37,801 nt of DNA from a bacterium. Its GTDB lineage: Bacteria > Zhuqueibacterota > Zhuqueibacteria > Oceanimicrobiales > Oceanimicrobiaceae. The notes under the pieces are model-generated. The model saw only the letters and a program-made list of their open reading frames with translations. It did no database searches and was not told the DNA's origin. Shown here piece after piece: positions 31,138 through 37,801 of the stretch. Each line of letters begins with the position of its first letter. The first letter of the stretch is position 1. Position numbers and translations under genes: made by a program. The stretch lies in assembly GCA_046758365.1 (NCBI GenBank), contig JBHIAC010000016.1, forward strand, positions 1 through 37,801, in the 5' to 3' direction.

Positions 31138-31308
31138 TCATTCACTCCAAAAGTAATTATTTGCTCCGGTGAGCACATTTTCCATAGTTTAACAAAATCA
31201 GGCAGAATTCTAAATATAAAATAATGGCTTTAATAAACAAGTAAAATTACCACAATCCAAGTCGAAGGTGCTCTAAAGAGTTTTAGTGTCTGAAATCGGC
31301 GCCCCCCT

Positions 31309-31600
31309 ATCAACGATGAGGTAAATGGGAAGTCAGTAGTGGCGACAAGCATGAAATTGGCGGCTTTTTATATCAGCTAATCAAGATTTACTCGAAAGGG
31401 AACTGATCTAACCTTTGACGTCAAAACAGAATCCCCAATATTGACCCTGTTAACTTGATAGACAATGAGGGAAACGTCTGAAACATTCTTGGAGAGGCTG
31501 ACTCTGGAGCACGGTGCTGGTGAAAAATTAACTCCTATTGTTTCCTACAGTGCTTACTGGCTTGCCGGGGGTAGTTTTTCCAGATGTACCTGTTTACTAA
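31309..31600 (+). pseudogene. Decayed 3' fragment of a DUF3179-like gene
   Basis: Across frames: INDEVNGKSVV, LTFDV, LIDNEGNV*NILGEADSG, GEKLTPIVSYSAYWLA, FPDVPVY*. Confidence 0.6.
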
Positions 31601-32481
31601 TTAACCCTAAAAAATCGTCTATTCCCCTCTCGGCGGAATGGCATAGCAAGGTAACCTTGACCTAAAGCTTCCACATTTTCACCGAGACTTTCGATTAATA
31701 GCCGGGGAACATCTTCGTTTTTGATTAACAGATATGGAATTACTTCATATTCACCCTTAGGGAGATCTTCAAGAGTCATCTTAATAGCCATGGTTCGCAT
31801 CACTGGTACGGAATCAATGGTATCTAGATCACTTTCAACCAGACCCGCTATGGCAGATTGAAGAATAACTACATCATCCGTGGTAATATTCCTAAAAATC
31901 AAAGGGCCAAACGTATCGTTGACCAAAGCGGGAAAAAACACCACCACCGTATCGGTTGTGGCTTCCAAAGTGACATCAACTCTCAAGATAAATGCTGCAT
32001 CCGCCGCCGACTCAAAATCAGCAGCCGACACCGAGGAAGGTCTGACATGTGTAGTAATTCGCAAGTTCTGAAATAAAGTTTTCGGGTTATTTAATTCACC
32101 GTTACCATCGACTTCTCCCTGAGAATAAACAAAAAAGCCATTTCTTGTGAATACTTGAGTTGAGTCTAAGTTGAAATTAGCAACAAAATAATAAATATTG
32201 AACGCTCCTGTCACTCCCGCGGGATTGCCTTGGCTCGATGGCAAAGGTAAGGTTATTTGGAAGTTTCCTTGTTCATCGGTTCTGGTGCCAATATCAAAAC
32301 CCTCCAGCCAGACATAAACACTGGCTGGGCTCATATTATTGCCAAGTTGAACTTTGCCGCGTATTTCTCTGTTTTCTGCTGAAACTTCAACTTCACCAAT
32401 AGGATTTTCAGTGCAGCCATGAATGACCACGAGGGAAATAAAAACGATAAGATTAGTTAGGTGCCACCTGCATAATTTCAT
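31597..32481 (-). CDS. Hypothetical lipoprotein with carboxypeptidase-regulatory-like N-domain (paralog 1)
   Basis: IHGC lipobox-like signal; VYVWLEGFDIGTRTDEQGNF. Confidence 0.8.
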   Translation of the reverse strand: MKLCRWHLTNLIVFISLVVIHGCTENPIGEVEVSAENREIRGKVQLGNNMSPASVYVWLEGFDIGTRTDEQGNFQITLPLPSSQGNPAGVTGAFNIYYFVANFNLDSTQVFTRNGFFVYSQGEVDGNGELNNPKTLFQNLRITTHVRPSSVSAADFESAADAAFILRVDVTLEATTDTVVVFFPALVNDTFGPLIFRNITTDDVVILQSAIAGLVESDLDTIDSVPVMRTMAIKMTLEDLPKGEYEVIPYLLIKNEDVPRLLIESLGENVEALGQGYLAMPFRREGNRRFFRVN

Positions 32482-32518
32482 TCGGCTAACCTCCTAGTTC
32501 TTGCTAAATAAGATATAT

Positions 32519-33394
32519 CTATATTTTTTTACCCGTTTCTACTACAAACTGACCTCCCTCACGTATAAAAGGTATCTCAAGATAATTTGACCCAATTTCC
32601 ATTACATCCTCACCAATACTACTTATCAATTCCTCGGGAACGCTATCGTGTCTCAAGAATAGATATGGTATGACTTCATACCTACCCACGGGTAACTCCC
32701 CAGGTTCTAACCTCTTAACAAAAGTCCGAGTGCGAGAATCCTCGTCTACCACCAGAAGATCTCCGAACTCAAAACCACCGAATACAAATCCGTGAATTAC
32801 AAATACGGTATCCGTGCCAATTTTTTCAAAGATAAGAGGAGCAAAGTATTGTCCAACCATCGTCGGGAAAAATACGGTAACTGTGTCCTCTATAGCTTGT
32901 AATCTAACATCTGCACGTATGATCCTACCAGAATCCCTCTCCACGGTATCGGGGATCATTTCAGTAAATATCCTAAGAGCCTGGGTTAGAAAAATCGGAC
33001 TATGAAATTCACCATCTTGATTGAGCCCGCCTTGGGAATAGACAAACAAGCCATCTTTAACAGCTACAGGTTTGATAACTAGATTAAAGTTAGCTATATA
33101 GAAATAAAGATTAAACACCCCACTAACACCCCCAGTTGACTGGCTAGAAGGTGGCGGTAATTCGATCCGAAAATTTCCTTGCTCATCGGTTTTGGTTCCG
33201 ATATTGAAACTTTCAAGCCAAACATATACTCCTTCTAATGGATTTAATTCTTGGCTGACTTGTACAACGCCGCTGATTCTTCTATCGCCACCGCTTATTT
33301 CATCATCACCAAAAGGGTTGCTTGTACAGCCTGAGAGAACCGAAAGCCCAATCACTATGGCAGCAATACTTGCCAGAGACCGTGTTGCTTTCAT
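32519..33394 (-). CDS. Hypothetical lipoprotein (paralog 2)
   Basis: LSGC lipobox; VYVWLESFNIGTKTDEQGNF and YEVIPYL shared with its neighbour. Confidence 0.82.
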   Translation of the reverse strand: MKATRSLASIAAIVIGLSVLSGCTSNPFGDDEISGGDRRISGVVQVSQELNPLEGVYVWLESFNIGTKTDEQGNFRIELPPPSSQSTGGVSGVFNLYFYIANFNLVIKPVAVKDGLFVYSQGGLNQDGEFHSPIFLTQALRIFTEMIPDTVERDSGRIIRADVRLQAIEDTVTVFFPTMVGQYFAPLIFEKIGTDTVFVIHGFVFGGFEFGDLLVVDEDSRTRTFVKRLEPGELPVGRYEVIPYLFLRHDSVPEELISSIGEDVMEIGSNYLEIPFIREGGQFVVETGKKI

Positions 33395-33451
33395 GATGAA
33401 TTCCTCCCTCTGTAACTTTACAAAAATTGTAACTATTCAGGCATATTAGAA

Positions 33452-33641
33452 GGCAAGACTATTTAGGGCAAAACAATTTCCTATGACGATTTTCACTCGC
33501 TTGATTATGAAGTGATGGGGTTCGTGTTGTCGATTCATCGACACTTAGGAAGATTTTGGAACGAGAGGATTTACCAAAACGAACCTGCTTATCGTTCATA
33601 CATAAAGCTTTTCATAATAGTCTTGCCCAAAATCGTTTTGC
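33452..33641 (+). pseudogene. GxxExxY-family N-terminal remnant (33482-33595) flanked by inverted ~14-bp-period repeats
   Basis: YDDFHSLDYEVMGFVLSIHRHLGRFWNERIYQNE. Arms GGCAAGACTATTTAGGGCAAAACAATTT and AATAGTCTTGCCCAAAATCGTTTTGC. Confidence 0.7.
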
Positions 33642-33695
33642 TTGTGTGGCGACACCTGAATAGTTACCAAAAATTTATGTAATGAAGGGGCCGTC

Positions 33696-35885
33696 TCAAT
33701 ACTGTGCCCCCAAGGTTAAGTAAAATCGGCGATCCCGAATCGCTATACCTTCTAAGACGAAGTCATCATTTAATAGGTTGCGACCGCTGGCGTTAATAAA
33801 AAATTTTAGTTTTGATATCTCAAATGTTTTACTTAAATGCATGTCGATGTTCATATTATCTGGCAGACTAATCTCCGCAAATTCGCCATTTTGAAAGCTT
33901 AACCACCCTGTTTGCTCACCTTCCTTGAACCAATGTAATTGAAATGAATAACCAGCATGGTCAACATTAAGATTAATGGTACGCTTATGGTCTGATTTGA
34001 ACGGAAAAGCTGCCTTTTCTGAGATAAAATATTTTGATAGACCTAGATCAACGGTTACTTTTTTGCGAAATAGAAAAATACTCGACTTTGCCTCAAAACC
34101 TGAAATCTTGGCATCTTGGACATTATCATATTTAGGTACGGGGTCCCTAGGAGTAATAAAAGTTCTAAATTTGTTGTCGTAGTGGTTTTGAAAATAATTT
34201 GCAGAGACCTGCCAACCATATACGCTGGTTTGACCTCCAACGTCTCGGATTAGGTTAACTCCTAATTCAAAACTCCGGTTTTTTTCAGGATTCAAATTTG
34301 GCTGCGTTGCAGGTGAAGATACCAATAGTGGTGAACTAACCTGTTGAAAAAGAGTCGGAAATTTAGTGTTCGCGCCAAAACTTAAAAAGCCATTAATAAG
34401 AAGATCATCGCGGTAACCAGAAAAATTTAAAGCAAATTTAAACATGGTTTCCTGCCAATTGTTTTTCTCAAACTGACCTAAATCATTTCCCTCTCCCTCA
34501 AAGTCACTTTGCCTATCATTTAATCTATCGTGACGAATACTCAGGTCAACATCAATGGTCCGAAGGAAATTTGAGCCAGTTTCTCCATGGTATTTCACTA
34601 TGGAAACAAATCCATGGTGCCTCCTCTGTAAATCGAACTTTCTTATCTGTTCGAGGAAATCAAGCTTGTTTTGTTGAAATTGATACGCAAACAGGATATC
34701 TAAGTCAGTAAATTCAAATCGCTTTTGAGCATTCAAGTAAAAAGCTCGATCATTGATATTCCTATTTGATTCTTCTTTCAAATTCTTGTAAGAAGCAGAA
34801 AGTTCCAGGTCTTTGAATTTAAGCAAGTCTCCACTATACTTTAATGAAAACAAATGGTTAAAATTTGACAGGGTAACCTTATCTCGCTGGTTATCGTAAT
34901 CTAAATCTGTGTAAATCCACATGGCACCAAAGGAGCCTCTTGGCTGTCCCTCAGCGTTTGTAGGTAAATCATAATAGATATTTGCGGTATGATGCAATGA
35001 AGTGTTTTCGAGCTTTGCTTGACCGTCTGCAACATCAACAAAGTGTCTCCTTAAACCTCCACGTTTTATACTGTATGACCCAGAAACTCTATCGAATTTC
35101 TTATAAAGATGCAACCCCCAATTTCCCGATCGATACGTTCCCAGTCGCTGCTGAAACCTAATGTTATAATCTTGCTGCACCTTGGGTACGACGTTAATCA
35201 CTCCAGAAAATGCTTCGGGACCATATAAAGCTGTGTTGCTGCCTTTGATAAGCTCAAATCGTTCTATGTCCTCTAAATCAATAAGTGATAAGTCGAAAAC
35301 GTTGTTGTAGGCGTTGTTCATTTTAATGCCATTGTATAAAACCACGACTTCGTCAGGATTGCCACCTCGAATCGCTAAAGTTTTCTTGCCGCTTAATTCC
35401 TCGTCAACTTGAACACTGTGGTCCGTTCTTAGCAGGTCGCCGGCGTCCACATACCCGCGAATTTCAAAATTTCTTGCCTCTATTACAGATATTGTTTGTG
35501 GTAAATCTCTCTCTATTTCTAAACGCTGAATGCCTGGCTCCTCTATTTCAACTCTTCCAAGTGGTATTACTCGAGGCTGCAGGTCTACACGATATAGTGT
35601 CCTCAGAGAATCCAGCGATATTTCTCGCGGCTCATAAGCAATGTGTCTAAAGACTACGACCATTTTCGGCGTGGGATGGAGTAGCAGAAACCTATAGCGT
35701 CCTGCAAAATCGCTAGTTGTACCAATTTCAGACCCTTTTATATAGATATTAACAGAACGGATTTCTTGGTGCGTATTCAGATCACGGACGATTCCAGAAA
35801 GTCTCACTTCTTGTGAAAGGGCGGTGGTGGTGATTAAACAAATTGAAAAAATGATGAGGCGGTTTCTAAGTCCTAAAAATAACAT
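33696..35885 (-). CDS. TonB-dependent receptor with carboxypeptidase-regulatory-like N-domain
   Basis: Plug motifs AIRGG, IERFELIKGSNTALYG-GVIN; NLNPEK; C-terminal FYLTLGAQY. Start 35885 or 35909. Confidence 0.9.
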   Translation of the reverse strand: MLFLGLRNRLIIFSICLITTTALSQEVRLSGIVRDLNTHQEIRSVNIYIKGSEIGTTSDFAGRYRFLLLHPTPKMVVVFRHIAYEPREISLDSLRTLYRVDLQPRVIPLGRVEIEEPGIQRLEIERDLPQTISVIEARNFEIRGYVDAGDLLRTDHSVQVDEELSGKKTLAIRGGNPDEVVVLYNGIKMNNAYNNVFDLSLIDLEDIERFELIKGSNTALYGPEAFSGVINVVPKVQQDYNIRFQQRLGTYRSGNWGLHLYKKFDRVSGSYSIKRGGLRRHFVDVADGQAKLENTSLHHTANIYYDLPTNAEGQPRGSFGAMWIYTDLDYDNQRDKVTLSNFNHLFSLKYSGDLLKFKDLELSASYKNLKEESNRNINDRAFYLNAQKRFEFTDLDILFAYQFQQNKLDFLEQIRKFDLQRRHHGFVSIVKYHGETGSNFLRTIDVDLSIRHDRLNDRQSDFEGEGNDLGQFEKNNWQETMFKFALNFSGYRDDLLINGFLSFGANTKFPTLFQQVSSPLLVSSPATQPNLNPEKNRSFELGVNLIRDVGGQTSVYGWQVSANYFQNHYDNKFRTFITPRDPVPKYDNVQDAKISGFEAKSSIFLFRKKVTVDLGLSKYFISEKAAFPFKSDHKRTINLNVDHAGYSFQLHWFKEGEQTGWLSFQNGEFAEISLPDNMNIDMHLSKTFEISKLKFFINASGRNLLNDDFVLEGIAIRDRRFYLTLGAQY

Positions 35886-36090
35886 ATCGACACCTTTTGA
35901 GTCTAACATTTCAGTTGAACTATGATATTTAAAATTGATCGGTTAGAAAGATTTTTCATCAAGAATGCGGGTAATGGTTAACCAATAAACTTCTTTGATT
36001 TGAAAATGTTCGCGTAGAATGCAAATTACTGAATTTAGCAGAATAGAGGGTATGATCTCTTGCTTTTTTAATACAATTCAATAAACAACT

Positions 36091-36861
36091 TTATTCCGGA
36101 ATATTCTTACGCATTAACTCCCAGGTGCCGCGGAGAGGAACGGCTGACTGTCCAATTTCTGCCTTGGTAAAATCAGTGATATATTTGATGGCTCCAAGCT
36201 TGGGTTCGAAATACTGATGGGCGGTACCGTGACTTGAAAAAAGGGTGTCACCAGTGGTTTCATTAATGATATAGGTGTTAAGTTCATACCAATGAGCGTC
36301 CGCGACACGCACATAATTGTGCCTCTCTGGAATATATGTCTTAGTCCAACCCGCATATCGCGCCTTGCCGTCGTGCATATAGTGTATTCGCTCAGTATTT
36401 CCAGCTAAGTTGATAGCATCAAAAGTTGTATCAACTGAAACGCTCCACTCGGTCCCAACTCCCTCATCCACCTTCAAAAGAATTTGCCAATATGAAACCA
36501 AAATAGGGGCCCTGAATGAAAGTCCATACGCTACAATCCGACTGCCAATGTCTTCAGTATTGTACTGCCATACCGTACCATTTTCATCAGTATAGAAATA
36601 TATTTGTTGATTGTAATAAACATAAGCATGAACTGGGTGTCCGTCTAAGGTATCTTTACGAATAACCTTACGACTAAAATTATGGATTTCACTTACAAGT
36701 TCTTCTTCCTCATCAGTCACAAACCCACGAAAATGAAGCTCGGCTCCTTCAATGAGAGGTAAGACACTTACGTGTGGGGTCTCACTTTCGCCACAGGATA
36801 ATATTACTAAAGATATTGTTAGAATGCAAATTAAGTTTTTATAATTTTCAATCTTACTCAT
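36091..36861 (-). CDS. Hypothetical lipoprotein
   Basis: ILSC lipobox; strong GGAGGAGAAGG RBS; beta-rich sequence. Confidence 0.75.
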   Translation of the reverse strand: MSKIENYKNLICILTISLVILSCGESETPHVSVLPLIEGAELHFRGFVTDEEEELVSEIHNFSRKVIRKDTLDGHPVHAYVYYNQQIYFYTDENGTVWQYNTEDIGSRIVAYGLSFRAPILVSYWQILLKVDEGVGTEWSVSVDTTFDAINLAGNTERIHYMHDGKARYAGWTKTYIPERHNYVRVADAHWYELNTYIINETTGDTLFSSHGTAHQYFEPKLGAIKYITDFTKAEIGQSAVPLRGTWELMRKNIPE

Positions 36862-36953
36862 CCTTCTCCTCCTCTAACAGCAGGGTTAGCGTCTAATAAC
36901 GCTAGTACAGAAGCCATTTTTATCCTGAACCACGGCTCCGCATGCTTGATTCC

Positions 36954-37801
36954 TCAACGAAATTCAGTGCTTCCTCTGGTGATCCATCGTTGCCAATCAG
37001 GTTCTTGCAGTTCACCGCGAAGTGTGGAGTGTATGAGCTCATATTTATTGAAACCAGTCCGGTCTATGAACACAAAAATCACGCCACCTTGTCCCTTCAA
37101 ATGATCATAGTTCCAAATTTCATAAGGTAAGGACGCCTGGGAGCTTGGAAAACGCTCGACATGGGTTGGAGAACCATAAAGTATAAAAACTCGGCCTCTA
37201 TCGCTTTTCCACCCTGATTTAAAAACCGATCTAAAGTTCATATCGGCTTTTCTCACTCTCCCGAGATACTGTTCTCTATAAAGCAATCCAGTAAGCTCTG
37301 GGTGGGTTATCCTAGGAGACTGCCAAATTGTGAAAACAAATTTTCTCTTCGCCTCTGCGTTAGTTAAGCTTTTATAGAATTTGATATCATCCTTAGCGGT
37401 TATATATACCATACGGTCAAATTCCTCATCCAGTTCTTCTTCAGATAACATATTCAGCGGGCCATAACTTCCTTCCTCAATCATTGCCTGTTCTCTCATT
37501 AGCGCAAAATCAGCAATAGAAATGTCCGGATTGTACACAAAGAATTTCTTTTCCTTGCTTAGGGTCACGTTTTCTGAAGAATCGCTAATCCCATAAACCA
37601 AAGTATATTTGCCTGACGGCAGTTTGGCAATATTCATCATACCCATTTCGACACTGGAATCGTGAACCTTCTTTTTTGTGCGATATGAGCTTCCCAGGCC
37701 TGTAATAGTTCTTCCGTCGGAATCCGTAACCTTACACAATGTCTTGTACTTTGCTCCTGGTATATTTTTGCTCAAATTATAAGCTTCAAAATAATAATAG
37801 A
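36954..37801 (-). CDS. GWxTD-domain protein, 5'-truncated by the window edge
   Basis: GWKSDRGRVFILYGSP and YEIWNY motifs. Frame stays open to the window edge (YYYFEAYNL). Confidence 0.9.
   Translation of the reverse strand, partial: YYYFEAYNLSKNIPGAKYKTLCKVTDSDGRTITGLGSSYRTKKKVHDSSVEMGMMNIAKLPSGKYTLVYGISDSSENVTLSKEKKFFVYNPDISIADFALMREQAMIEEGSYGPLNMLSEEELDEEFDRMVYITAKDDIKFYKSLTNAEAKRKFVFTIWQSPRITHPELTGLLYREQYLGRVRKADMNFRSVFKSGWKSDRGRVFILYGSPTHVERFPSSQASLPYEIWNYDHLKGQGGVIFVFIDRTGFNKYELIHSTLRGELQEPDWQRWITRGSTEFR

Noticed and set aside
31465..31665. 66-aa ORF
   Set aside because: Chimeric reading of the frameshifted pseudogene; it overlaps the convergent gene.

Overview
AT-rich bacterial chromosomal window. 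A GWxTD protein, a TonB-dependent receptor and lipoproteins suggest an FCB-group organism such as KSB1 or Calditrichota (inference). From left to right it contains: the 5' part of a tRNA-Asn; a Wzx/Wzy-type polysaccharide locus (279-14239); serS followed by a 1211-bp unit that duplicates 470 bp of serS and gives it a different C-terminal tail, with toxin-antitoxin-like cargo in between; a lone nucleotidyltransferase; an NhaC-family transporter; back-to-back pit and phoU-pstSCAB(B) phosphate operons; STAS, DapA-family and GNAT genes; two paralogous lipoproteins; a TonB receptor; and a GWxTD gene. The most striking unexplained structure is a recurring intergenic architecture of short tandem repeats arranged as inverted arms. 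It appears filled (four-helix-bundle gene inside the pst operon), decayed (GxxExxY fragment) and empty (three sites). Two empty sites 15 kb apart share a 37/39-identical terminal sequence. Also notable are a PhoU fused to an apparently inactive ArsC-like domain and two PstB subunits with complementary motif degeneracy. All family calls come from motif recognition by eye; no searches were run.
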